This document shows, piece after piece, positions 17,492-24,634 of a stretch of DNA of 28,247 bases. The notes beneath the pieces are model-generated. The model was not told the origin of the DNA and did no database searches. It saw only the letters and a program-made list of their open reading frames with translations. Where the stretch lies: IMG/VR virus record IMGVR_UViG_3300036546_000044, positions 1 through 28,247 of that record; one strand, given 5' to 3'. Both the position numbers and the translations under genes were made by a program. Position 1 is the first letter of the stretch, and each line of letters opens with the position of its first letter. The DNA comes from a virus (taxonomy: Duplodnaviria; Caudoviricetes).

Positions 17492-17827
17492 ATGCAAGTT
17501 GATGGAAATACAATAACGATGATTAACGGTGACAGTGAGTACATATTAGTGTCTTTTTTAGATGCCGACGGCGAAACGTTTCCGTTAGTTACGGGCGACA
17601 CTGTTTATTTTACGATGAAAAAGAAACCAAGCGACGAACAACCGGCATTGCAGAAAATAGTAACGTCATTTATTGAAGGAAAAGCGCATATTGAAATTTT
17701 ACCAGCAGACACAATTAATTTAAACGGCGGTTATGATTACGATGTGCAAGTAAACAGAGCAGATGGTCAGGTAACAACGGTTATTAAGCCATCACAAATT
17801 ATTATAGAAACGGGGGTAACGGCATGA
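17492..17827 (+). CDS. Fibre adaptor protein (BppU N-terminal-like Ig fold)
   Basis: [27 protein letters not shown]...G.V.TVI pattern; precedes a collagen fibre gene. Confidence 0.68.
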   Translation: MQVDGNTITMINGDSEYILVSFLDADGETFPLVTGDTVYFTMKKKPSDEQPALQKIVTSFIEGKAHIEILPADTINLNGGYDYDVQVNRADGQVTTVIKPSQIIIETGVTA

Positions 17828-19299
17828 TTGAAATAACGGCGCAAGTTGTAGGTAGTGGGCCACGTGGGGAAGTTGGGCCACAGGGACCACAGGGATTACA
17901 AGGCGAACAAGGATTAAAAGGAGATAAGGGCGACCCTGGAATACAAGGGCCACAAGGTGAAACCGGTCCACAGGGAGAGCGGGGAGAGCAGGGAGAGCAA
18001 GGAGAAGCTGGTGCAAAGGGCGACCCTGGAATACAAGGGCCACAAGGTGTTCCGGGACAAGATGGAGATGATGGGCATACACCGGTAAAAGGCGTTGATT
18101 ATTTTACTGAAGCGGAAATCACTGAAATTCTAGCACCTGTTAATTCGCAATTGGCAGAAACTCTGATTCGTGTCGAAACAGTCGAGAAAGCATCAACAAA
18201 GTTATATAAAAAATACGGCGTTCGTATTGATAAGACGAATTCCAACCCATCTACACGGGTTGTATATATCGATGACGCTATCGGATTTACACCGATGTCA
18301 GGCGGTGATGGCTCATTTTCTTGGGGCAGTTGGCAAGAAGTTTTTGACAATTTACAGATTAGACCGTGTCTATTGAAAAATGGTATCGTTAATTATTACA
18401 TCAATCCTGATGATTTCACGAAAAAAATGGACGGAACGGCAAGCGATATTACAAGCGGCGTTGATGGCGACGTGATGATTGAATTTGCAAAGCCGATCTG
18501 GTACAAGTGGACTGATGAGGGAACAACATACACAATTGAAATTTCCGACGAAGAATTCGATGGAGCAGTTAAAAATGCTTTTGAAATCGAATCAGGATAC
18601 AATTTATTTAATTACTATCCGCTATTACTAACTCAAATCCTGTCCGTTATTTTCTTTAAGTCAACAGATTCGCAAACAGCATTAGGGCGAGGGCGAGTCG
18701 ATGGAACCGGATATATTAATTCGGGCGGAACAGATGCTAAAGGGATGTTCTGGGGATCGACTGCTGATTTGCAGATGAAGTTCTTGGGGATTGAGGATTA
18801 TTGGGGAAACAAATTGCAATGGATTGATGGAATTGTGAGTGATGCAAGTTGGAATCTATTGATTGGGAAATCGGGTTTGAATGATACGGGAAGCGGTTAT
18901 ACATCCTTTTCATCGGGACTAACAGCAAACACATCAAGATATATCAATTCGGTTCAAGGTGGAAATGATAAAGGGTTTATTATTAAAACAGGAGCGGGAT
19001 CAGATTCTACCTATTTATGCGACTACGGTGTTCTGGCTTCGTCTCGGGTGGCGGCTTTCGGGGGCCATTTTTCGCTTGGCTCGTTTGCGGGCTTCGCGTT
19101 TCTCCGGCTCGCGGATGCGGTTTCGGTTTCGGATGCGGCTGTCGGCTCCCGCCTGTTTTGTGCTTCTACTAATAAAATTTATATTGGCGCATATTTAGGA
19201 TATAATTCATCTTCAAAATTACGTTCATTAAGCGGAAATATGGCAACAGCATCACTAACAATCGGTGCATTCAGAACGTTGGCAAAAGCTAACAACTAG
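17824..19299 (+). CDS. Collagen-repeat fibre/adhesin with a C-type-lectin-like (DGR-target type) receptor-binding domain
   Basis: 25 Gly-X-Y triplets, [10 protein letters not shown] and SQLAE linker motifs, then [24 protein letters not shown] and GG......AG......S.....GSRL motifs. Confidence 0.85.
   Translation: MIEITAQVVGSGPRGEVGPQGPQGLQGEQGLKGDKGDPGIQGPQGETGPQGERGEQGEQGEAGAKGDPGIQGPQGVPGQDGDDGHTPVKGVDYFTEAEITEILAPVNSQLAETLIRVETVEKASTKLYKKYGVRIDKTNSNPSTRVVYIDDAIGFTPMSGGDGSFSWGSWQEVFDNLQIRPCLLKNGIVNYYINPDDFTKKMDGTASDITSGVDGDVMIEFAKPIWYKWTDEGTTYTIEISDEEFDGAVKNAFEIESGYNLFNYYPLLLTQILSVIFFKSTDSQTALGRGRVDGTGYINSGGTDAKGMFWGSTADLQMKFLGIEDYWGNKLQWIDGIVSDASWNLLIGKSGLNDTGSGYTSFSSGLTANTSRYINSVQGGNDKGFIIKTGAGSDSTYLCDYGVLASSRVAAFGGHFSLGSFAGFAFLRLADAVSVSDAAVGSRLFCASTNKIYIGAYLGYNSSSKLRSLSGNMATASLTIGAFRTLAKANN
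17857..18081 (+). repeat. Collagen-like Gly-X-Y repeat tract
   Basis: 25 triplets, including an exact 34-nt direct repeat at 17926-17959 and 18016-18049. Confidence 0.9.
19026..19167 (+). other. DGR variable-repeat (VR)-like tract
   Basis: Only 3 A in 142 nt (19067, 19115, 19133). A-free scaffold codons (TCG, GCG, CGG, CTC, GGC) alternate with NNT codons. Encodes the lectin ligand-binding segment ending in GSRL. Confidence 0.75.
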
Positions 19300-19310
19300 G
19301 AGGGAAAACG

Positions 19311-19562
19311 ATGAAAAACTATGGAATTGTCCACGGAGGGGCTGAACAAGCTATTCCACTGGTGGTCGGCAAAGATACGGTGTATGTTCACACGAATATA
19401 ACAAAACTTGAACCCGATCCTAATGATGAGTTCGCTCCGGCGGATTTATACAGTTATGAAGAAGTTCAATATGATAAAGATGAATACATCAGATTAATGT
19501 CAGAAAAATCAATCATGATGGATGAAGCATTGACTGAATTGATTCTCGGAGGTGTGATGTGA
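19311..19562 (+). CDS. Fibre-associated small protein
   Basis: GGAGGG RBS; DTVYVHTNI...Y.Y.EVQYDKDEYI motif of the kind found after such fibre genes. Confidence 0.68.
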   Translation: MKNYGIVHGGAEQAIPLVVGKDTVYVHTNITKLEPDPNDEFAPADLYSYEEVQYDKDEYIRLMSEKSIMMDEALTELILGGVM

Positions 19563-19696
19563 TAGTAAAATATTTAGCTGAAAAGATTATTTCAGGCGAA
19601 CTGGAATATAGTTTTGTGATTGGCAAGCGGCCGGATTTGAAAGTTGGGATTGATGCTTATCTGGTTGAAAACGGGCATGGAGATTTGATTGTCTGA
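19559..19696 (+). CDS. Small fibre-module protein (45 aa, CD1375/XkdX-like position; not in the ORF track)
   Basis: GGAGGT RBS, GTGA overlap; MIVKYLAEKIISGELEYSFVIGKRPDLKVGIDAYLVENGHGDLIV. Confidence 0.65.
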   Translation: MIVKYLAEKIISGELEYSFVIGKRPDLKVGIDAYLVENGHGDLIV

Positions 19697-19731
19697 TTCG
19701 GGAATGGACACTATTGCGAACTAACAAAACC

Positions 19732-19760
19732 TTTACTTTTTTACAAACACACTGTATAAT
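19732..19760 (+). promoter_or_regulatory. SigA-type promoter with no ORF before the next terminator
   Basis: TTTACT (19732-19737), 17 bp spacer, TATAAT (19755-19760). Confidence 0.6.
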
Positions 19761-19766
19761 AACATT

Positions 19767-19847
19767 ACCAACAACATTCACAACCTTTCAAAGTTTTCAT
19801 TTTTAACCTACCTTCACAAAAAACCATCCTTAACCGGGTGGTTTTTT
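19767..19847 (+). ncRNA. Candidate antisense-type small RNA (about 80 nt)
   Basis: Lies between a promoter and a terminator; G-poor unstructured body containing an anti-RBS/anti-ATG sequence TTTTCATTTTTAACCTACCTTCA. Confidence 0.5.
19818..19847 (+). terminator. Intrinsic terminator, potentially bidirectional
   Basis: A6-CCATCC-TTAACC-GGGTGG-T6. Confidence 0.8.
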
Positions 19848-19885
19848 CATGCCTAAAATTAATTAATATTATTTTATATAACCTA

Positions 19886-19914
19886 TTGACTTATTTAAAA
19901 TAAGGTGTTATAAT
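19886..19914 (+). promoter_or_regulatory. Strong early promoter 1
   Basis: TTGACT, 17 bp spacer, TGnTATAAT; AT-rich upstream element; palindrome CTTATTT-A-AAATAAG at 19890-19904. Confidence 0.82.
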
Positions 19915-19952
19915 ATAGATAGTTAAGAAATACAAATTTGAAGGAGTTAAAA

Positions 19953-20183
19953 ATGAAAGCAAAATTTAATGTTAAACCAAAGCACAGTGATTACGACTTA
20001 AACAAAATATTTACTTATGGTGTTGAATATGATGTTTTAGCAGATTACAGAAATCGACAAAGCGGTCAAGCGATTAGAGACAACGGGCTTGTTGTTGTTG
20101 ATAATCAAGGTACTGAAAGAATGGTTTTCCTAGACGAATTTAAAATAATAGACGACGGTAAACAATGTTTTACTTTTAACTAA
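19953..20183 (+). CDS. Hypothetical early protein
   Basis: AAGGAG RBS before ATG 19953; first gene after promoter 1. Confidence 0.7.
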   Translation: MKAKFNVKPKHSDYDLNKIFTYGVEYDVLADYRNRQSGQAIRDNGLVVVDNQGTERMVFLDEFKIIDDGKQCFTFN

Positions 20184-20234
20184 AAACTACAACCCGAGCC
20201 GGGGCGGTAACCCCCGGCAGAAAGTAGGGATAAG

Positions 20235-20426
20235 ATGAGATTATCGCAAACAAAAGAATATAAAGAACTTTTAACGACACTGGCACACGTTGGAAATAAA
20301 GATTTAGAGGGATTAATTGAAGAAGTTTTATACGAAGTAATTTCAGAAGCTGAAAAAAGAGCATGGGGCATTGGTTATGCTTCAGGATGTGAAAAAGGCT
20401 ATCAAGCCGGAAAGAGTGGAAAATGA
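20235..20426 (+). CDS. Hypothetical early protein
   Basis: AGGGA RBS; C-terminal G(Y/C)xx repeats. Confidence 0.62.
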   Translation: MRLSQTKEYKELLTTLAHVGNKDLEGLIEEVLYEVISEAEKRAWGIGYASGCEKGYQAGKSGK

Positions 20427-20602
20427 TGAAAGTTAAAAAGTTAATCGAATGGTTGAGTAAATGCGATCCAGAACACGAAGTTTATTTGCACGATAATTTA
20501 TCTAGTGATGATTTTTACATTTTGTCAATGATGCAAAATGTTGAAGAAAAAGAAGTGTTTTTATCATTTAATTGTTTTGAAGGAGAGAATGAAGATGCGT
20601 AA
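20423..20602 (+). CDS. Hypothetical early protein (59 aa)
   Basis: ATGA overlap; MKVKKLIEWLSKCDPEHEV start typical of small phage proteins. Confidence 0.65.
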   Translation: MMKVKKLIEWLSKCDPEHEVYLHDNLSSDDFYILSMMQNVEEKEVFLSFNCFEGENEDA

Positions 20603-20765
20603 AGAAGTAGAAATGTTAATGGCTGAATTGTTAGGAATGAAAAAAGTGCTAGACCCAAAGGCCAGCACATTCCCGTACAAAAACAGAGAGTTTTATCAGG
20701 GTGAAATCGTTGATAGTGTAATCGAAAAACTAGAAGAAATATTGGAGGATAAATTACAATGTTAG
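20595..20765 (+). CDS. Hypothetical early protein
   Basis: AAGGAG RBS at about 20580; start could be 20589. Confidence 0.6.
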   Translation: MRKEVEMLMAELLGMKKVLDPKASTFPYKNREFYQGEIVDSVIEKLEEILEDKLQC

Positions 20766-20926
20766 AGAGTATCGGAAACGGGACAAAAGAGGGTAAGATG
20801 TATAAGCACGTGCAAAGCGGAGACGCAACAGAGTACCAGAGACAAGTTGACCGGTGGCGACGTTTTAACGGCCTAGAAGCCATGTACAACGTGGAAAAAG
20901 AAAAACAGGAAGTTACACATGGTTAG
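20759..20926 (+). CDS. Hypothetical early protein (55 aa)
   Basis: GGAGG RBS; tiles between neighbouring ORFs with short overlaps. Confidence 0.55.
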   Translation: MLESIGNGTKEGKMYKHVQSGDATEYQRQVDRWRRFNGLEAMYNVEKEKQEVTHG

Positions 20927-21086
20927 AGTATTACACCCCCTAGAAATGGGCGAAAACTACTTCCCGTGGTTGTTTGCAGATCACGGGAATTTATTTGACA
21001 ACATCGGGCAGGCGATTAATTTTATGCAGGGTTACGGGCTAAAAGATTCAGAGATTCAAACTTTTCACTTTATCAATGAAGATTAA
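20919..21086 (+). CDS. Hypothetical early protein (55 aa)
   Basis: AGGA RBS; MVRVLHPLEMGENYFPWLFADHG...; ends at the next promoter. Confidence 0.55.
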   Translation: MVRVLHPLEMGENYFPWLFADHGNLFDNIGQAINFMQGYGLKDSEIQTFHFINED

Positions 21087-21103
21087 TTATTTTAAATAAG
21101 TTC

Positions 21104-21132
21104 TTGACTTACTTAAATAGCAATGTTATAAT
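21104..21132 (+). promoter_or_regulatory. Strong early promoter 2
   Basis: TTGACT, 17 bp spacer, TGnTATAAT; same architecture as promoter 1. Confidence 0.82.
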
Positions 21133-21159
21133 TAGTTATACCATTTAGGAGGTAGTAAA

Positions 21160-21456
21160 ATGAAAAAAGAATTGTTGGTTAAAAGAGAGATGGCGAAACA
21201 AATTGCGATGCAGTGTCTAAAGCTGAACAGCATCGGTGATAGAATGCAAGGTGGAAACGGCCCAGCGGTTTGGTTTTCGATTGATGCACACGTCGGAGCA
21301 ATTACTGTTAGGGTGATTGAAAGAGGGTGGACAGAAAATGGAACGGACGTTCAAAACGAAACTGATTTCGATTTAACATTATGGGACTTTTCAGACATTA
21401 AAGATTATAGATCGACCATGAAATACTTAAAAGAATTGGAGGCAAACAAATGTTAG
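21160..21456 (+). CDS. Hypothetical protein
   Basis: AGGAGGT RBS; 98 aa ORF. Confidence 0.75.
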   Translation: MKKELLVKREMAKQIAMQCLKLNSIGDRMQGGNGPAVWFSIDAHVGAITVRVIERGWTENGTDVQNETDFDLTLWDFSDIKDYRSTMKYLKELEANKC

Positions 21457-21650
21457 AAAATGGCATGGTGTTGGAAATGGACAGACACTTATCGGAATCG
21501 GAAAAACTTCCAATCTGCCCACTGTGTGATGGAGAATGCGAAAGCATTTACACGCTTGACGGTGAAGTGTTGGGCTGTGAAAATTGTTACGACCACGACA
21601 TTGTCGTGACGGATTCATGGGAATGGCAAGATAAAAATGAGCGTTTATAA
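21450..21650 (+). CDS. Small zinc-ribbon protein
   Basis: GGAGG RBS; CPLC...CENC motifs; upstream of the recombinase. Confidence 0.68.
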   Translation: MLENGMVLEMDRHLSESEKLPICPLCDGECESIYTLDGEVLGCENCYDHDIVVTDSWEWQDKNERL

Positions 21651-21870
21651 AAACGGTGTTGGTTGGTACACAACGGGGAAAGCATCGATAACGGTGTTTT
21701 TCCCTGAAAACGAAGTGAAGTGTCAGTATTGCCACCGGTTTTTACGGTATGAGGATTACGCAAAGCGTTATTCATGCCGGTTGACTGATGAACGGTTATT
21801 GCATCCATTTGAGGGAATCGGCATGGAGTGTCCGTTAGAATTTGATGAAGGAGAAGAAAATGAAATTTAG
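21637..21870 (+). CDS. Cys-rich hypothetical protein
   Basis: CQYC...C...CPL pattern; overlaps both neighbours. Confidence 0.65.
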   Translation: MSVYKNGVGWYTTGKASITVFFPENEVKCQYCHRFLRYEDYAKRYSCRLTDERLLHPFEGIGMECPLEFDEGEENEI

Positions 21871-22546
21871 ATTATTAAACGCTGATGAAATTGATTGTCG
21901 GGTTTCAACAGTAAGCGAAAAGGGATTATCGTTATTGCTATACAAGGACAGTCGAGTTGATATGAATTTACTTGATGAAACAGTTGGCCCAATGAACTGG
22001 CAACGGTCACACACAAGAGACAATGCTAATTGCATCGTGAGCATCTGGGATGGTGAAAAAAATCAATGGGTATCAAAAGAGGATACCGGAACAGAATCAT
22101 TTACAGAAAAGGAAAAGGGCCTTGCATCCGACAGCTTCAAACGTGCCTGTTTTAACTGGGGTATCGGTCGAGAGTTATACACAGCACCTTTTATCTGGGT
22201 AATGTCTTCAAACGTCAAGCTGATTGACAAGAACGGTAAAAAAAGCACCTATGATAAATTCAAAGTAAAATCAATCGGGTACACAGATGCCGGTATTATC
22301 AACGCTCTGGAAATTGTAAATGCTCAAACAAATAAGACTGTATACCAGTTTAAAACATCGGAACCAGTAAAAGAAAAAATGATAACGCCTGACCAGTTGG
22401 CAACGTTGACGTTGATGATTAGTGCATCGAATGCAGATATTGATGCATTGTTAAAATATTACAAAGTTAATGATTTGGGAAAAATGACTGTAAGTATGTT
22501 TAAGAGTGCTATGGAACTACTTGAAAAGAAAAAGGAGAAAAAATAA
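21860..22546 (+). CDS. Single-strand annealing recombinase (Sak / Rad52-like)
   Basis: LLLYKDSRVDMNLLDETVG..NWQ and EKG.ASDSFKRACFNWGIGRELY signature; adjacent to ssb; AAGGAG RBS before ATG 21860. Confidence 0.85.
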   Translation: MKFRLLNADEIDCRVSTVSEKGLSLLLYKDSRVDMNLLDETVGPMNWQRSHTRDNANCIVSIWDGEKNQWVSKEDTGTESFTEKEKGLASDSFKRACFNWGIGRELYTAPFIWVMSSNVKLIDKNGKKSTYDKFKVKSIGYTDAGIINALEIVNAQTNKTVYQFKTSEPVKEKMITPDQLATLTLMISASNADIDALLKYYKVNDLGKMTVSMFKSAMELLEKKKEKK

Positions 22547-22547
22547 C

Positions 22548-22970
22548 ATGAATAAAGTTGACTTGATTGGCCGCATTGTTAGAACACCAGAAGTAAAAGA
22601 AATCGGAAACGATAACAAGGTTATAAATTTCACCATGGCAGTAGATCGCAAGTTTAAAAACAAGAACGGTGAAAAAGAAGCTGATTTTGTGCCAGTAGTA
22701 TTTTTCGGGAAAGCTGCTGGAATTATTGAGCAGTATTTTCACAAAGGCGACGGCATTGGAATTAGTGGCCGTTTACAAGTTCGCACATACGACAACAAGG
22801 AAGGTAAAAAAGTATATGTCACCGAGGTAATCGGTGAAGACTTCTTTTTTCTACCAGCTAAAAAATCAAGCAATGAACAAACAGCCGATACAAATATTGA
22901 CAGCGTGGCACAATTAAATAATGACGCTGATTTTGTGCTGATGGCAGATTCGGACGACGTTCCCTTTTAA
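22548..22970 (+). CDS. ssb: Single-stranded DNA-binding protein
   Basis: MNKV.LIGR, ADF, GRLQVRTY and acidic DDVPF tail. Confidence 0.95.
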   Translation: MNKVDLIGRIVRTPEVKEIGNDNKVINFTMAVDRKFKNKNGEKEADFVPVVFFGKAAGIIEQYFHKGDGIGISGRLQVRTYDNKEGKKVYVTEVIGEDFFFLPAKKSSNEQTADTNIDSVAQLNNDADFVLMADSDDVPF

Positions 22971-23073
22971 CAGAGATAGCAAAATTAAGCCATGAGAGCC
23001 TGTTTTGAGCTTTAAAACTTGAAACAGGTAATCTTATAAGGCTAAGAAATTAAACAAACGAGAGGTGCGCATA

Positions 23074-23310
23074 TTGGATAAAACAGAATACTACACGCCA
23101 AAGCAAGCAGCGGAAATTTTAGGCATCCACAAACAGACCGTAGCAAAGTGGATTAAGTCCAGCAAGCTTGCAAGCGTAAAAATAGGCGGTGGCCGCTGGT
23201 CCCGAAAGATACCACGCTCAGAAATCGAACGTCTGGCCAGCGAGCAAACGGCGTGGGCTGATGGTGTACGGGAACGGATGGAGATAAACGACAAACAAGA
23301 GGAAGCCTAA
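23074..23310 (+). CDS. Excisionase-like helix-turn-helix protein (HTH_17/MerR-like)
   Basis: YYTPKQAAEILGIHKQTVAKWIKSSKL...KIGG...KIPRSEIER. TTG 23074 follows GAGGTG; GTG 23065 is the alternative start. Confidence 0.82.
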   Translation: MDKTEYYTPKQAAEILGIHKQTVAKWIKSSKLASVKIGGGRWSRKIPRSEIERLASEQTAWADGVRERMEINDKQEEA

Positions 23311-23325
23311 CGGCTTCTTTTTTTA
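23301..23325 (+). terminator. Intrinsic terminator
   Basis: GGAAGCC-TAAC-GGCTTCT followed by a T run. Confidence 0.72.
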
Positions 23326-23345
23326 CAAACTTTTGAAATTAAGTG

Positions 23346-23374
23346 TTGCATTGTGTTGTGTAGTATGCTATAAT
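23346..23374 (+). promoter_or_regulatory. SigA-type promoter for the Cro-like/replication operon
   Basis: TTGCAT, 17 bp spacer, TGnTATAAT. Confidence 0.75.
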
Positions 23375-23398
23375 GTTTTTAGAAATGAGGTGATAAAC

Positions 23399-23593
23399 AT
23401 GGATTTAGCAGAAAAGATTATTGAGTTTAGAGCCGTTAACAAAATGACACAAGAAGAATTTGCAACGGCTGTTGGTATTGACCGTACAAGTATTTTACAC
23501 ATTGAAGCAAGAAACAGAGTTCCGAGAAAAGTAACAGCAAAGCGGGTTGAGATTTTTATTGACAATTACAACAAGGAAAAGGAGAATAAATGA
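23399..23593 (+). CDS. XRE-family (Cro-like) HTH regulator
   Basis: GAGGTG RBS before ATG 23399; MTQEEFATAVGIDRTSILHIEARNRVP. Confidence 0.85.
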   Translation: MDLAEKIIEFRAVNKMTQEEFATAVGIDRTSILHIEARNRVPRKVTAKRVEIFIDNYNKEKENK

Positions 23594-23793
23594 GAATAAA
23601 CTTTAAAATAACAAAAAAACAAGCTGAAAAAATTGCAAGCGATATTTATTCAAGTGATTTCAGATGTTACGGCTTAGGAAATTTCAATATAAGCGTTGAC
23701 GAATTTTCAGAATTGATAATGAAATCATTTAATGAAGATAAGAAATCTTGTGGTGACTTTTATAGCAAGTTATTAAACAAGTATATGTATTGA
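23590..23793 (+). CDS. Hypothetical protein
   Basis: AAGGAG RBS; overlaps the previous stop. Confidence 0.6.
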   Translation: MRINFKITKKQAEKIASDIYSSDFRCYGLGNFNISVDEFSELIMKSFNEDKKSCGDFYSKLLNKYMY

Positions 23794-23794
23794 T

Positions 23795-24634
23795 ATGTAT
23801 ACCAGAATTGACGAACTAATATGGAAGGACGCAAAATTAAAAAAAATCAGCAATGAATCAAAGCTTCTTTTCATTTATTTATTGAGCTGTCAGCACAGGA
23901 ATGTTTTAGGGCTATATAGCTTGCCAAAATACTATGTTCAAGGTGACTTAGGATACCCTTTAGCAACCGTTTCGAAAGGGTTGCTGGAACTGTTTAATAA
24001 CGGTTTTATAACCTATGATGAAGAATCAGAAACAGTTCTGGTTAATAACTTCTTAAAGTACAATCCACTCGAAAACCCTAATCAGGTAAAAGGCGCATTA
24101 AAAGTTATGCCAACTATACCAAAAACACAGTTGTTCTATAAGCTTATAGACGTGATAAAATCAAGCGAAAACACACATTTACACGAACTTAAAGCAGGGA
24201 TTGAAAGTTACTTGAAATCAAACGGTTTCGAAAGGGTTACTGTAACGGTTTCGAAACAAGAAGAAGAAGAAGAAGAAGAAGAAGAAAAAGTAAAAGATAA
24301 AAAGGCAAAGCCTAAAGGCTTTTCGGATTTAATTAATGAGTATACATCTGATGAAAGTTTAAGGATATCAATTAATGATTTTATCGAAATGCGTAAAAAG
24401 AATAAAAAGAACATGACCGAAAGAGCGTTGGAATTAATGCTTAGAAAGCTTGACGGGCTAGCAGATAATGAAGTTGATAAAAAACTAATACTCAACCAGA
24501 GCATAGAAAATTGCTGGCAAGGTATATTCCCGTTAAAAGATAATCTCAATCAGCGACAACCAAAACAACAATCAACAACTAATAACCCGTTTTTAAGAAT
24601 GGAAATGGAAGGAGTGTTTGACAATGACGAATAA
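23795..24634 (+). CDS. Phage replication initiator / replisome organizer
   Basis: N-terminal winged-helix (KLLFIYLL...GLY...DLG...LL.L...GFI.YD), internal iterons, poly-Glu linker, C-terminal F.EMRKK...MT.RA...QSI...WQGIFPL domain. Confidence 0.82.
   Translation: MYTRIDELIWKDAKLKKISNESKLLFIYLLSCQHRNVLGLYSLPKYYVQGDLGYPLATVSKGLLELFNNGFITYDEESETVLVNNFLKYNPLENPNQVKGALKVMPTIPKTQLFYKLIDVIKSSENTHLHELKAGIESYLKSNGFERVTVTVSKQEEEEEEEEEKVKDKKAKPKGFSDLINEYTSDESLRISINDFIEMRKKNKKNMTERALELMLRKLDGLADNEVDKKLILNQSIENCWQGIFPLKDNLNQRQPKQQSTTNNPFLRMEMEGVFDNDE
23965..24257. repeat. Iteron-like repeats, probable replication origin
   Basis: AACCGTTTCGAAAGGGTT (23965-23982), AACGGTTTCGAAAGGGTT (24221-24238) and AACGGTTTCGAAAC (24244-24257), followed by a GAA run. 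Confidence 0.65.

Noticed and set aside
17857-18081. CRISPR-like or regulatory repeat array
   Set aside because: The repeats are in-frame collagen Gly-X-Y codons with no repeat-spacer structure.
18959-19198. Alternative-frame 79-aa ORF over the VR
   Set aside because: The open frame is a by-product of adenine depletion, since all stop codons need an A.
19300-21160. Template repeat, avd or reverse transcriptase of a complete DGR
   Set aside because: No AAT-rich copy of the VR and no ORF with RT size or a YxDD-type motif context was found here or elsewhere in the window by eye.
24259-24287. GAA microsatellite as a phase-variation switch
   Set aside because: The unit is a triplet, so length change keeps the frame. 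Poly-Glu linkers are common in phage initiators.
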